From assembly GCF_006345805.1 (NCBI RefSeq), contig NC_043008.1, positions 75,640,001 through 75,704,000 on the forward strand: a stretch of DNA of 64,000 nucleotides, in the 5' to 3' direction. How positions within the stretch are numbered: position 1 is the first letter of the stretch; each line of letters opens with the position of its first letter. Both the position numbers and the translations under genes were made by a program. This document shows positions 25,662 through 40,029 of the stretch, piece after piece. Origin of the DNA: Octopus sinensis (taxonomy: Eukaryota). Under the pieces are notes generated by a model. The model saw nothing but the letters and a program-made list of their open reading frames with translations, had not been told where the DNA came from and searched no databases.

Positions 25662-26216
25662 TGCCCTGATCTAGTACCAGGCAGTGGCTCTCATGGCTTC
25701 TGATTTTAACTGATTGGAAGTGTTATCATGTACATTGTTTTGTCTTGGTATAAAAGATGGGCTACAGCAAATATTCTGCTCAATGCCACAGATTTGCTTG
25801 TCAGTTGTTTGACCTTAACCAGTTGAGCATTTCCTTTAGTGGCTGACGATATGTGCATCTCTGATCACGAGCAGAAGTAGTGGGGGAGCATCATAGCCAT
25901 GTGTTGAGAGGGATTCTTTGGGGTTTGAATAATTCACCTCTGGAAACATGGGTGGTTCTTTCAACATCCTTAAACAACCCTTATTCAGGGACCTTTTGAG
26001 CGGGATGGGCTACTCAACCTGAAGAAAATTCTAACTGGGCCTCACCTGCAAGGTCATGTGCTATTTATTTTGATATGAGATCACCATGTCGCTCACATAT
26101 GGTTGTGATGCATGTGCCTGGTGTACCCTTATCAGACGTGTAGTCATGATGGGTATATTGGGCTTCGTATATTTTACCCCAGTGCCACTTTGATGGCATG
26201 AACTGCTCTCTCACTC
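25661..26216 (+). mobile_element. about 560-bp non-coding repeat inserted in (TAA)n (probable LINE 3' UTR or SINE-like element)
   Basis: (TAA)n on both sides; homologous copy at 48780-49300 on the minus strand and a partial copy at 25495-25590. Confidence 0.7.
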
Positions 26217-26275
<59 letters not shown>

Positions 26276-26348
26276 CAACAACAACAACAACAACAACAAT
26301 ATCGAAAAATACCTTAGGGATGAGAACACAGGTTCGATATTTCCTCAA

Positions 26349-26394
26349 GACACCCGATGAAGGCTGAAGGGTATATCGGCTGAAACGTTGTGTT
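26349..26394 (+). ncRNA. degenerate minimal hammerhead in a pseudo-LTR-like fragment (about 26290-26450)
   Basis: gacac CCGATGA a ggctg...cggct GAAA cg TT gtgtt; core U4 is changed to C. A reverse partial copy of the flank lies at about 11940-11995. Confidence 0.45.
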
Positions 26395-26555
26395 AACAAC
26401 AAACAAGATGAGAAGAAATATCCGTCAAATGTAAATAATGTGAATGTAGAACTGTTTATATTTGAGAAATGCTGACAGCAGTAATACAAAAGATATGGAG
26501 AAATTAAGTTATGCCAAAAGACTGTACCTATGCAGTCATGGAAGTTGTGTTCAAG

Positions 26556-26641
<86 letters not shown>

Positions 26642-27809
26642 TACATATGTATATTTGTATGCTTGTATGTATAATTCAGTTTTAAAACCAAATCTAGTAG
26701 TAAACATTAAAAGTGAGAGCTGTTCTAAGAGATCAGTGAATGCAGATTTGAAATAATTTTCAATAACACTTGATAGTTAATCACTAAATTATAATTTCCT
26801 ATAGCTATTTTTCCATTTTAGTTGATGAAACGCTTAGATGTTTTTATCAAGCAGTGCACGGTTTATCTTAGATTCATTTCCTACGGCGTAATTTACAGGT
26901 AGCTACAAAATAGTTACTGTCATTACACTGAACATCACGGAATACTTCAGTCTCACAATGGCTACTAATATATCTTCATAAATAATCTATGTATATTCCT
27001 CTGTGTAATTTAAATATAGTCATAATTGTGTACAATACTTTGTGAAATATTCTAGTACTGCAAATCTTTTAGTGCAGATGTTTCTTTACGTGACAGAAAC
27101 TATTAAATCATAGAAGGTGTAAATCTCGACACTCATATAATAATATTTTATGGACAAACGCGTAGCGTATGGCAGGCAATATTGAAATCAAACACCATAA
27201 ATTATTTTTATTAATTATTCCTCAGAAGTGGGAGAAAGAAAAACATATCCATATAAGTTATTCAAATTGAAACTGTGAAATCAGTATATGTTTAAAAAAG
27301 AATAGCAATTTAAGCACACGGTCGCTTATTTGTGGTAGAAAACAGGTGATTATGTTAAACTTAGTACCTGAATTTATTTAGAAACACGGGAAGGACAATA
27401 ACTTGTGAGAACATCCAACACATAATTATACCGTGACCAAATGCCAAATATAATTTTTGAAAATAGAAACACGAATACATATGTGTTCATGTTAGTTTTA
27501 AAAGCAAGGAATAAAATAAACCATTGAAGATTCTTCTACCTATCTCCTTGTTTTCAGGTATATATATGTTGGCTAGAAAGAGAGATGGTGTCGCAAAAAC
27601 AGTGTGATCGAGAATAACTGGTGAAAAATATTTTATTGCATGTGTTTGAATTGCTCAAATAATCTGTGTAAGTGCTATTTATTACTCAAATTAAAAGGTT
27701 GAACTGAAGAAGGATCTGTCGTTGAAACGTAACAATTCGGAGTTAGGAAAATATGCTACGAGGAATTATAGAGAGAATATGCTGTGAATAATGTACGATT
27801 CGTGTAAAT

Positions 27810-28020
27810 AATGAGTTCAAATTTTTACCATAATGGCAGCTTGGGGAAGGGGATTAAGTCGATTACATCGACCCCAGTGCGTAACTCGTACTTATTTAAT
27901 CGACATCGAGGCAAAGTCGACCTCGGTGGAATTCGAACACAGAACGAAGCGACGGGCAAAATACCGCTAAGCATTTCGCCTGGTGCGCTAACGATTCCGC
28001 CAGTTCACCGCCTTTGGATC
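27810..28020 (+). mobile_element. SINE 3' portion
   Basis: gattaagtcgattacatcgaccccagtgcgtaac...ggcaaagtcgacctcgg; same family at 59070-59270. Confidence 0.7.
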
Positions 28021-28342
28021 CGTGTAAATAATAAGACGAGAGAAGGCTAAATTAACGCCTAAAGGAAAAGGTCATTTAGTAACAAATAATAAAGAAACGA
28101 GCGAATTAGTTGTTTGTTTTTTAAAAGTTAAGTATCTAAATCCAATACATTTATTTGGTTAGTGGTGATGCAGTAGGTAAGCCGAAGAGAACTGTTACTG
28201 CTGCACATGATGATGACGATGATCTACAAGATTTCCGTACTGAGACAAATATGTGGCACATAAGCAGAAAGAGGTTTGGACGACAACTCCACGTAAAAGG
28301 TGTGTGTGCCTGTGTGCTGAGATCTATATTTACTACTTAAGC

Positions 28343-28427
<85 letters not shown>

Positions 28428-28428
28428 C

Positions 28429-28555
<127 letters not shown>

Positions 28556-29449
28556 TAAAGAAAACAGAAAATGAAGTAATGTTGATGGACAATTGATTTA
28601 CATTAATTATTATTTATTAAGTCAATACAAATACACGGCATCCCAACTAACAGCTGTTTCAGTTTCCAATGTCGTATGGTATTGCCATTGATATGCTAAA
28701 CATATTTATCACATTTGGTTATAAAACAGACTTGAAACATGGTGCTTCACCAAAGTGAAGAATAAATTAAAAAAAAGAACCTAGAGAAGAAAAAGGAACA
28801 GTTGGATATGGCTGTAAGCATTTCAGTTTGCTTCGGCATCTCTTTGGGACCTTAAGTAAATGAATAAACTTATAACAGTATTTGGTGGATTAATCCTTTG
28901 TTTGGAGGTGGGGGACAAGATGGTTAAATAATAAGAAATAAAAAATAATAGTGGGATATGCCAATAGGGTTTAGTCTGAGATGGTGTGAAGATACGATAC
29001 GGTTTTAAATTAATCATAATAATTTCTAACAATTATTTTTATAGTACTAATAAATAGCATTTATCAAAATAGCGTGCTAATCGATTAAATGCAATTTTAA
29101 AAAATTTATTTACTAGTAGGTGGTTAAGCACTTCCACCTGTTGCCCGAAGTGAGTGAGGCCATGGTCCAACGTTCGATATAATAGGTCAGTTGAAATTTA
29201 AAAACAAAAGACCAGCTATTGAGGCTGTCATACGGAGTAGGATAAATAAATGAATGGGAAAATGGTGCATGTTGTAAGTGGCCCTAAAGGTGTAGATGGA
29301 TAAGCGCATACATATGTATACTTTATAAGTATATATGTGAGTGTGTATACGTGTTTATATGATTGTGTGTGCTTGCACATAAGTATAGGTAGGTTTATAT
29401 TTGCATGTATGTGTCTAAGACATTGTATCAATTCACCGTTAGACGGTGG

Positions 29450-29640
29450 TGAGAGGGACCCCCCCACACACACAACATTGTTCCGAAAGGGATCAAAGAG
29501 GAAAATTATCCCATCATCTTTAAACAGAGTCTGGATAGATTTCTTCTACGAATACCGGGTAAGCCACCCATACCTGGATACAACCCAGTTAACAAGAACT
29601 CACTACTTGAATGGACCATAAACAAAACATGACTTAAACA
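29450..29640 (+). mobile_element. L2/Crack/Daphne-like LINE C-terminal fragment
   Basis: NIVPKGIKEENYPIIFKQSLDRFLLRIPGKPPIPGYNPVNKNSLLEW. Confidence 0.55.
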
Positions 29641-30269
29641 GGATTTAGACAATCCTATCAGGTGGTGCTATTAAGTTAGACATGGCCTGGACCAATCTTT
29701 GGTCGAAACGTATCTAAGTTATATGTATATATATATAACCTTCGGCAGAGTAACAGTCATATATACAACTTGAACAGAAACATATATCAATACATAAATG
29801 TACGTTCACATGTACATGCACATATACACACACATACACATATACACACTTACATACTTAAATACTCACATGCATACATAAGTACATACATACATACGTA
29901 CGTACATGCATACATGCGTATAGGCGTGCACCCATGCTTACGCAGGTACACATATGCATACGTACGCTTACATGCACACCTACATACATTCATAAATACA
30001 TTCATACATACATACATACATAGACACATACATACATACATGCATGTATACATACATACATACATACATACATACATACATACATACATGCATACATACA
30101 TACATGCATACATACATACATACATACATACATACACATATATCATGAACTAACTGTTACTTTCTCAGATGCAGCAATTTTGTCAGCGAACAGGCCGCGG
30201 TTTTAAAGCGACGAAAATACCTTGAAAAATTAAATTGAAATCTTGAAGTGAATGTGTTTTCGTTTGTTT

Positions 30270-30835
30270 TTCAGAGTTCCTTCCAATGCTTACCATCCCG
30301 CTCTCCTATGGTATGTGCTGTATTCCCCACGTACGTCGTTGTCTTCTTTCTGCACCGTCCCTCTGTATATCTTATTCTATAGACTACATTCCTAGCTTTA
30401 TAGTTTGTTAGTGGATTAACTCTACATACAATACAGTTCCTATCAGTACAGGTGGGTCTATTAAAAGGGTAGGTCGTACTGATTAGGGATTTGATAAAGT
30501 TACATGGCCTTTCTAAAACCTTACTTAAGGTTGCCTAGGGCCATTCTAATGTGGTACACCAATTCGCCTCTAGGGGTGGGGTTGACGAACATGACATACT
30601 GGTATTTGTGGCTATCACACCATAAGTAGGCCTTCCCCATTTTCTTCTCACTCCTTTCAATTGTATTCCATGACTTGCTCCTATAGAGTGGACAAATCCC
30701 ATTCTTAACGTTACGTATGATAATTTCAAATTTCCTCATGGCTTCTTCATATACTCTGATCCTTTCTCTGTGGCTGTATCCAGAGAACTGCATGCGATGG
30801 ACGAAGTGCCGTATGTGTCTCTTTAACTTTGAAGT
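30270..30835 (-). mobile_element. PLE fragment homologous to 60150-60700
   Basis: MQFSGYSHRERIRVYEEAM...CPLYRSKSWN...VMFVNPTPRGEL compared with 60207-60455 MQFSGYSHNERIRVYKGAM...CPLYRSKAWN...VMFVDTTPRGEL. Confidence 0.8.
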
Positions 30836-30859
30836 CTTATATACAAAGAAACGCCGTGG

Positions 30860-31300
30860 CTATTCTAAAGCCTTTGGATATATCAGGTACTGAAGCCATG
30901 TTCATAAAAATACTGCTTTATTGGTTAGGTTGTCTCTCAAGTATGAGTGATATTAAAATTCCGAAGCAATTTCACTGAGGCCAATTCCCAATAGGAAGGT
31001 CTACTGGAAGCCACGCTTGACCATCAAAGACAAACTAAGAGAAACTTTGAAGCGATGCAAAATTCCCTTTGCTCACTGAGAAAAATAAGGCATCAGAACG
31101 TAGGAACTGGCGCCAGTCCTACTTCTCCTCAGTTCAAAGATTTGAGGAAAGTCGACTCCAACATCGGGACCAACTTCGTGCAAGCATGAAGACACACTGA
31201 AAAAACGTTGCTCCTCTAAATGGAAATCTTACCTGTCATCGTAGTTTTGTGGCACGAAGCAAAATAGGACTTGCCGCCCACCCAAGGAAGCACATAATAA
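30860..31300 (+). mobile_element. RTE-clade LINE 3' fragment
   Basis: GTEAMFIKILLYWLGCLSSMSDIKIPKQ...KDKLRETLKRCKIP...RNWRQ...ARSKIGLAAHPRKH matches the RTE C-terminal pattern. Confidence 0.7.
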
Positions 31301-31544
31301 ATAATCCACAAACACTCAAACAAATTAAGTCCTCAACTTGCTTTCTTTGCCAAAAGGTTTGCAAGGCACCGACAGACGGCAAGAGGCACATTCATGTCCA
31401 TAGAACATGTTTACTGCATAATCTTACTGATACCTCATTTGTCGTTCACAAGAGAATCCATCATCATCATATATGTTTGTGCGTGTATGCGCGTGTGAGT
31501 GTGTGTGTGTGTACACACACATGCATATACATGAACCTACACAC

Positions 31545-31690
31545 AGGAGTGGTTATATGGTAAGAAACTTGCTTCCCAACAACATGGTTCCAGGTTCAGT
31601 CCCAGTGCGTGGAATCTTCTGCTATAGCCACGGGCCGACCAAAGCCTTGTGTGTGTATTCGGTAGACAGAGACTGAAAGAAGCCTATCGT
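31545..31690 (+). mobile_element. tRNA-derived SINE 5' part
   Basis: aggagtggttatatggtaagaaacttgcttcccaac...ggttcagtccc; same family as 40030-40508. Confidence 0.75.
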
Positions 31691-31799
31691 ATTATATAAG
31701 TGAAAAATACGTAAACACAGAGATAAATGCAGGACAAAATAACAAAAGACGTAAAACCCTCCTCAGCCGTTGACTGTTTTACTAGTCCCTATTTCATGC

Positions 31800-33260
31800 T
31801 CCCCTCCACCCCGTCCCTCCAACGCACCATTCTCCGAGCCTTCCGACGACTCCATCTGATTCTTCCGCCTGCGGAAGCTCGGCAGTGACAACCATGACTT
31901 TGAGACTCACTCTTAAGTCATAGCTCGCCACTTCATCCTTCGTGGATATCCTATCACCACTATCCACACCGCCCTTGCCAGAGCATATTCTGCTCGCACC
32001 CGCCCCGCCGTTGCCCTCTCCCGTTTCCCCTCACCTACCACACCTCTACCCGCCTCCTCCAGCGCGCCATTCTCCGAGCCTTCCGACGACTCCAGTCCGA
32101 TTCCGCCACTTTGCACATCTTCCACAACCAACCCTTCCCTCCCTGAAACGATCCCACAACCTACGTGACCTCCTAGTCCATAGTTTCTTCCCTAACCCCA
32201 CTTTCCAGCCTGGCTCATTCCTAGCACATTGCACCTACCCCTCCAACACCATCATCCTCACAGGCACCCATCATCGTCCCTATCTTATCACTGACTTGTA
32301 GCTGCACTTCTAACAACGTCATTTATTGCATCTCCTGCTCTTTCTGTCCTCCGTACATCGGGAAAACGGGACGCCGCTTGGCTGAATGGTTCCTGGAGCA
32401 ACTCCGAGACATTAGACTTGGCAATGACACCCCGGTCTTGTACCTTTTCCGTTTTACCGGTCATACTTTACAACACCTGCCTGCACTCAGATTGTCTTTG
32501 TATAGGGTCCAACCGGACTCCCGTCTTCGCGTGAACAGGAATTATTCTTCTCTCCTTTGCACCGCATGGGCTCAATCCCCCTCCTCTCTCCCTATGATTC
32601 CACTCCCTCTTCATCTGACTCTCCTCCTCTCCTCTCTTCACTCCTACCACCGTCTTTCTTCATTGATACCCCTGCATTCACACGCTACCCCCACATGTCC
32701 CACTCCCACATACCCTACCCCTATCCCACATCCTCACCTCTATATCCTCACCTCCACTTCCTCACTCCAAACACACACCCCGCTCTTACATCCCCACAAC
32801 CCAACGCCGCCACACCACAGCACATCACACCACACACCACTATAGCACCACCCCACACCACCCCTTTCACCCCACACACACACTAGCACTGACCACTTCC
32901 CAGCACCTACACCATCATCTAAATACCCACACATTACAGACGGACACACTTTAACACGCACACATCCTCTCGTCAGTGTTACCAGCCCTTATCCACACTT
33001 ACACTCTCACATACACACCCGCAATTGCACCTTCGTTTTGGGATCACCTGTACTTTTTATATCCCCTTCTTCCTAGATTGACCGCTCAAACCACAAGTTT
33101 TTTATTCTCTCTCTTGATTTCCTCGCGTTCCCTTCAGCTGAAGAGCGTAAACTCAAAATGCAAAATATTTTCTCACCTTCCTGCAAGGCAAACTATTACG
33201 CCTGCTTGTTGTTTATTCACCTGTCTTCGTCTTTTATATTTCTGTAAATTTCAATTACAC
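31800..33260 (+). mobile_element. Neptune-like PLE 3' part (thumb end, GIY-YIG, C-rich pseudo-LTR)
   Basis: HFILRGYPITTIHTALARA; CTSNNVIYCISCSFCPPYIGKTGRRLAEWFLEQLRDIRLGNDTPV. Confidence 0.85.
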
Positions 33261-33311
33261 ACACACAATCACACACATGCATACATACACACATATACAC
33301 AAACACACACA

Positions 33312-33357
<46 letters not shown>

Positions 33358-33937
33358 ATATATCTTTACATATATAAGCGTGAAATATTGTCAAAATGGT
33401 CGGTATCTGTTACAGTAGCCAACGGCCAACATAACGTAACTTTAAATTTTCCTTTCTATTATATTTCTTCGAACCTTTCTATTTCCTTAATTCTTGATGA
33501 TGGAGACATTGTCAGTGTGAAATTAAAAGGTTCATACCTTGTAGACAAATAAACTCCAGAGAGGACCGTCGAAATACGTCTTGTATGGTGCTATAACCCT
33601 CTTATAAACATTTCTTTAGAAATCCCAGTAAAAATGTATCTTTATTATTTCTCTGACTTTTAAATCCATCATTAAGTTTCCCCACTGCCATCGATGTATC
33701 TTACGATGTTTAATTCTTAATTCAGCATTTTAAATCTTAAATTTAATATGATTTTTAATCGACGTACCATTCTTTAGTTATTGATCATTTTCACGTTCAG
33801 TTTTACCTCATGTATTTTATATTTCTATCTTTGATTTGGTGTATTTATTGTATTATATGTATTTATTATGTTGATATAAATCATAACTATAGGATGATTA
33901 TCTAAATATTGCCTCTTCTTAAACCGAGTTATATAAT

Positions 33938-33993
<56 letters not shown>

Positions 33994-34653
33994 GTAATCT
34001 TTTATCGCAAAAGAACTATTGGCAAGCAAATGAAAAAATTTCCTGAATACAAAATTACCTTTTGATTTTCTTTCATATGTTTTCCTTCTACCAAATTTGA
34101 AACCGGATGGGGCATAGGGAATGTCTCACCTGCTCGAGAGACATAGAATGACACTTTTGATTTAAATAAAGCAAAAAACTGGGACTTGCAGAGTTTACGG
34201 TTAGCAAACTATCTTTTCTCGTGTTCCATTATTGAATGTCAGATATTTCTACAGTAAATATGCATAGAATGATAAAATAAACCCTGGTTTTGTTTCCATT
34301 GTTCCTCATGCATTGGTATCGTCTATTCCATATCAAAAGAGGGGAAATCGTGTCGCTGCAGGAATTATTTTTTAATTTACTGATAACTATATCTAAAAGG
34401 AAACATCCGTATATTCCGTACAGTTAGTAAATGGACTTCTGAAACAGGTAAAAGAGCTATTATATACAAAATTGAAAAGGAAAGGAAGAAAATGGATGGA
34501 GAATATTTTAAAATGTTGTTAAGTCTATCATTCTATCAAATATTGAAAACGAACTAAATGATACAACAACCAGACTGACAAGATACAAATCTGAGTGTTT
34601 ACATGAGAGAATCAGTATTTGAAAGATGTATCTTTATTGCTGATTGATTTGAA

Positions 34654-34772
<119 letters not shown>

Positions 34773-35622
34773 TTATCTACCGATCTATTCGTATTCTGTA
34801 TGTGATGTGTGTATGTCATATGTGTGTAATTTCCTTTTTAAAATATACTTTTATTTGACTTAAATTTTGAACATTCTAAATTGAATGTCAGTTTTGATTA
34901 ATTAAAGAGAAAGGCAGTAAATATAGGACACTATAATTGATGAGGTGGGGTTTTATGTTGCTTGTGACAAATGTTGTCATCTGAGCGATGAATCCATTTA
35001 AAAACAGTTGGCTCCCAAATAAAAACCTGAAATAATATTTCGTTTGCTTCTATTTTTAATGGGCAAGTGTGTTTGCATATTTTCTGAAATTTATGTCGAC
35101 TTCATATTTCAGTAAAATACTTTCTTTTCGACCTGTTTACATATTCACCATTCAATGTCAGCTTTCCTACTACAAACAGGATCTCGTGATTAAATCAAGT
35201 TGTAGAAAACTTAACTGTCATATTCCTTATAAGATAGAGGTAACCTGAATGAATATCTTCAATTCTATTATAGAAAATATGAGTAAATGCAATGCTATTA
35301 CCAGTTCGAATATATCTGTGGCATTTTCAAACTTTTAACCAAGCCATTCACAGTGTTTTGTCACGGAGAAAATTTCTCGTTCGTCGATAAATGCTGTAAA
35401 TACATCTAAATCAGCTCGAAGCGCTACCCATCTAGTATGTTAGAAGAAAGGATTTTGGAGTGGTCATCTCCTCCTGAGTCACAGAGATTTGTCAGGAGTG
35501 CTGCAAGATGATAAGAGAGACAATCTCTCTTTTGTTATTCCAGTCATCGTACCTCAGCTGGTAGCTCTAATCGATAGCTTGCCGCAATTAAATTACGGGT
35601 CGGGAGCGCTAAGTTGTGATAT

Positions 35623-35854
35623 GTATAAATGCAATGTTATTACCAGTTCGAATATACCAGTGGCACGCGCGAACTCGTCAATAAGCCATTCACTCACTGT
35701 CTGGATAGGTGGCACTGCGAGATAATTTAGGTGCATTTACACCATTTGTCTACAGCGAGAAAATTTCTCCGTAACAAAATAGAGTGAACAGCTTGTTTAC
35801 GTGTTCGACCATATCACTGGCATATTCGAACAGGTAATAACATTGCATTTATAC
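35623..35854. mobile_element. MITE with about 40-bp terminal inverted repeats
   Basis: gtataaatgcaatgttattaccagttcgaatataccagtg / cactggcatattcgaacaggtaataacattgcatttatac; a diverged partial copy lies at about 35283-35400. Confidence 0.75.
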
Positions 35855-36480
35855 GCATCACTGCTTAACGCTTCCCACTTCAATAAAGACTTTTAAAACA
35901 TACGTTCTATAATAACATCGAAAGAGTATACCAACATCAATGAGGACAAATCGTATGTCTAAGAATTAAAAAAGTAAATGCTAAGCTTCGTAATTTTTCT
36001 AGTTACGAAATCAAATTAACAAAAATATTATTAATTGGTTTAATAGACGAAAACAAGGCAACAAACGAAACGATTAATTCTGTGATGACATTGACTCAAA
36101 GTTATGGAAATGCATTGTTTTCAAGGGAATTCAAGTAGCTTCGACTTATATAGAAATGTGTCTTTAATAAATACGGACAAACATCAAAATATTGAATGGA
36201 TTTAAGTGTATTCCAAGTGTAAGAATTAGATAAAAGCCTGACACGATGCAAAGAAAACATATATATGGTGATACCTATCTATGCATATACATATGTGTAA
36301 ATATATACATGGTTAGATATGCGTGTGTATAACAAGTAGACACACGTAACACACATAACATGTATCATATTGGCTGCTGAGTGTGTAAGAGAAAGTTAAT
36401 TGACTCCTGTTTCTGTTTATTTCTATTGTCATGGACAAACCAATTTTCCATTGTAAACTTTATTTTTATCATTATTATTA

Positions 36481-36528
<48 letters not shown>

Positions 36529-37742
36529 CCTCACCACTTTCTGAATCAACGTCATCATCGTTGTCATTATCATCATCATCAGCAACAGTAGCAGCACTAG
36601 CACCAGCAGTAACAACAGCTGCACCAGCCCCAGCATCAACCAAGTCATCATTTTTGCAATAGTTTCATATGGTGTACCGCCATTCACCTGAGCTGTGTGT
36701 ATCAATGTTTTGTGGCTATGTACAATTATATACGAGTACTACATCTGTTTTACTATATTGTATTGTTTAGTTTCTTCAGTTTGGTACCGAATTAGTGCTT
36801 CCTCTGATGTGTAGAGCATATGCAATATTGTTCAGTGGTGATTAAATTTCATAACTGCTGTGTTATTGGCGGTCTCTATATTAGTGCTTAGTGGTGACTT
36901 CGTAGAGTATGCTATGGAAGTTGTGTAGTATGTGAGATGTATAAGTTTTTAACGTTATGTAGAATTTATCGCATCGTTGGGTATTGACTGTCAGAGGTTG
37001 TACTGTGTGGGCTATTTTACTGTGTATTTTACACATGTTGTTTACATTTCCTCCAGTACCTTATTAAATATTGCAGCTAACACCTTGTGTGTTTCTCTTC
37101 CGCTGCTTAGGACTTTATAGTGCCCTAGTGCTTGCTTCTTACTTGTTATTTTGAAACGTGTGAGACGCTCTTTGTCATATTATACATTCTAAAGATCGTT
37201 CAGTCGGTGCGTTTGTTATTTGTAACCATCTTAGAAAAGCTTCATTGTTGGTTATAATCACCTTAGAATTTGGTTCTTCCTCTTGCTGTTGATTTCCATT
37301 TCATTTACTTTTGATAAATGTCTCTTACATTTGTGTGCAACAATGTATTCACCTTAGAACAAGTTGTCACATTTTATGTCGAGGTACTCAGTGGAATTTA
37401 GTGAAAATTTTTGTTTCATTAATTTTGAATACATCTTGTTCTCTTATATACTTGTGTAATATTTTTCGCTTTTTTTCAATTGTGTGTGTTCTCTTTAATG
37501 ACCGAACGCGTTTTTGTTTATTCTTTTGTACAATCGCATGTGTTTTGTTATTTCGGTATGAGTAAATCGTAGAAATATTAATTTTGCTTGTATCTACAGT
37601 GATGACTACATTTGTTATTTGTTGACTATTTTCCTTATATTGAAGGTTATGTCTGCTATCATTAATTCTGGGACAACCAGATTTGCATATTGCTTCATTT
37701 CAATGGTCATTCAATGTTCAGATTTATTCTTGAAAGCTAGTT

Positions 37743-37824
37743 TCATTGATCTACTGAAAGATATACTGATCCTAATTCTTTAATTGTATCCAACTGCAGA
37801 GCGTCATGCACATGATTTTCATCC
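37743..37824 (-). CDS. candidate terminal coding exon (G-DENHVHDALQLDTIKELGSVYLSVDQ*)
   Basis: Acceptor tattattctag; phase 2 start matches the upstream exon; TGA at 37743-45; AATAAA about 15 nt downstream. Confidence 0.5.
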
Positions 37825-38309
37825 CTAGAATAATATTTTCTCAAATATTCATTAACTATCCTTTTACTTATATTTTTACTTCTGTTGTTATGTGCGGATC
37901 TTTCATACGTATCATGTTATAGGTTTCTAGTTATGATATGTAACATATTTGTTTTAATATGCACGGGATAGATTTAGCTTTCTACTTTATTATATGAATA
38001 TTTATATTTCTGTTCATGCATGTATTTTATTATTCATGCATTAATTTTTAAACTATATATTTTCATTTCAGCAGTTTTGTCTTCCATAATTAACTTGTGC
38101 GTGTGTGTGAACTTATCATCTGAAGTTAGCTAATCCGCTGTGGTTCAATGCAAAAGTTTGCCACTAGGTATATTGCTTTGAATGTTCTTTTATAATTTTG
38201 TTATTACTGGTTAAATGGCAATGTAAAATAGGCATGCAAAATTAGAAATATATTTTTCCTGTCTTCATTTATGTGGTATTATCATAAAGGATTGATTTAA
38301 AAAACTGAC

Positions 38310-38418
38310 CCAGTATACAGATCGTCATCATTTCCATCTAATACCAATTTGGTTGTTCCTTTCTGATGCAATGCTGTGTTTCTAAATACCATTTTAGTAC
38401 ACTGCCTAGTATCAACTT
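38310..38418 (-). CDS. candidate internal exon, 109 nt, phase 1 to 2 (xVDTRQCTKMVFRNTALHQKGTTKLVLDGNDDDLYTG)
   Basis: Acceptor ttattccttcag, donor GTCAGT, only one fully open frame, non-repetitive context. Confidence 0.5.
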
Positions 38419-39979
38419 CTGAAGGAATAACTTGTTATTTTTGTTTGTGAGCCAGGAAACAGGGTGGTGTTAATAAGGACAAGAGAAAAAATGCTTTACT
38501 TAAGCATGGTGTCAGATCATGGTTTATAGTACATTAATTAATTAAATGAGACAAGGTCCAATTCATAGTACTAGAATTACATTAATTATATCTAATCCTC
38601 GACATTTTCTTCAATTTAATCGATTTTATCAGTTGGTTTTAATTGTTATTTATAGCAGACCAGGATAGAAAACATTTTTTAATCTACAACATATATTTTC
38701 GTCTACAGCATATCTTAACTACGGTTTAACAAAAAAAAAAACGAAGTACTTCGGATTGAATAAGTGCCAGCCTGACTTTATCGCATCAAGAATTGTCCTC
38801 TGGCAACCAATGTTTGACAAAGCTATATATACTTGGAGTATAATATATGGAGATGGAATAAGAGATCATATAGGCTACGCTAGCACCGGCAATCTATAGC
38901 TAGATATATTGATCCGCGCCATGTGGAAAGATGTCATCGCGAAGACCCAAATTAAAAATTGATGTATATTTTAGTTGTCATGTAATATCAATGTAAGAAA
39001 GTGTAAATGTGAGACCATTATGTAATAATATAATAAATCGTATATGGAGATAAGATATGAATATGAATTCTAAAGCAAAAGTTAATTGATTTTCATACCC
39101 AGAATGTTCAATGTAAAGCTGTTTTACCTGAATTTTAATATGTATCTTTAATAACCATTTAAATGCTGATTGCATTCGCGTTTGATGCTTGTGTGTATAG
39201 GTGCACGCATAATTCTGTCACTCTCTCTCAATCACTCTTCCTTCTTTGTTCCTGTGGCTTCCACGTGACCATCGGCCATCTTTCTTTCTTCTCCTAATTT
39301 ATGTTTCTTTCTTTCCGTTGTAGCTGGAACAAGGGAGACGTGTTCTTGTCTGTCTCCTGTCCAAGCTTGATTTATTCTTCATTATTATCATTAGCGCTTT
39401 CATTCGTTTCCCCAACTAGTAAATAAAAGCTTGGGAGTGTACAAACAGTTTGCTCATTTATATAAAACAGATGTTTTGGGGCTAGGTTGTTTAGAAGAAG
39501 AGAACATAGTTTTTGTGTTTTTTGGGTAAGGTTCCATAACAATAAGGATAAATATATTAGAATATAGGTAGATAGATAGATAAATAGCTAGCTAGATAGA
39601 TAGATAGAGAGAGAGAGAAAAAGGGGGATCCCCTTTCCTATTCATCATTCATTTATTTATTTATTTAGTCATTTACCATTATATTGGAATGAGTTTAAGA
39701 ATGGTGACCTCTTAAAAAAACAGTTGTAGTGAGCTCATCACTGAAAGTATTTCTGCTTTCTTTCACACTTTCCCTCTCCTCCCCCTCTCCCGTTTTTCTC
39801 CTTTTCCCTTCTCTTTCCTTCTTTTTCTCTTTCTTTCTTTCTCTTCTCTGAGTTATAGAATAGAAAATGTAATGTCTCGTCTTCAAACATTAAATTTTGG
39901 AGAAAATGTTTTGATGAAATATAGTTCTGCATGAAAAAAATTGAAAATTAAAATAAATATGTAAATAGAATAGAAGACT

Positions 39980-40025
<46 letters not shown>

Positions 40026-40029
40026 CAGT

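Noticed and set aside
26820-27625. Strong plus-strand acceptors at about 26821 and 27557
   Set aside because: Downstream frames are not phase-consistent or hit stops; no support beyond AG/GT signals.
33130-33175. Hammerhead-like ctgaagagcgtaaactcaaaa in a Neptune-type pseudo-LTR (similar relics near 27710, 29685, 33565 and 52710)
   Set aside because: The core or GAAA is mutated and the stems are not formed; too degenerate to call.
36365-36705. Low-complexity ORFs on both strands (acidic or hydrophobic stretch, VNGGTPYETIAKM)
   Set aside because: Built from (TCA)/(GCA)/(ATT) repeats with no consistent splice context; could be UTR sequence.
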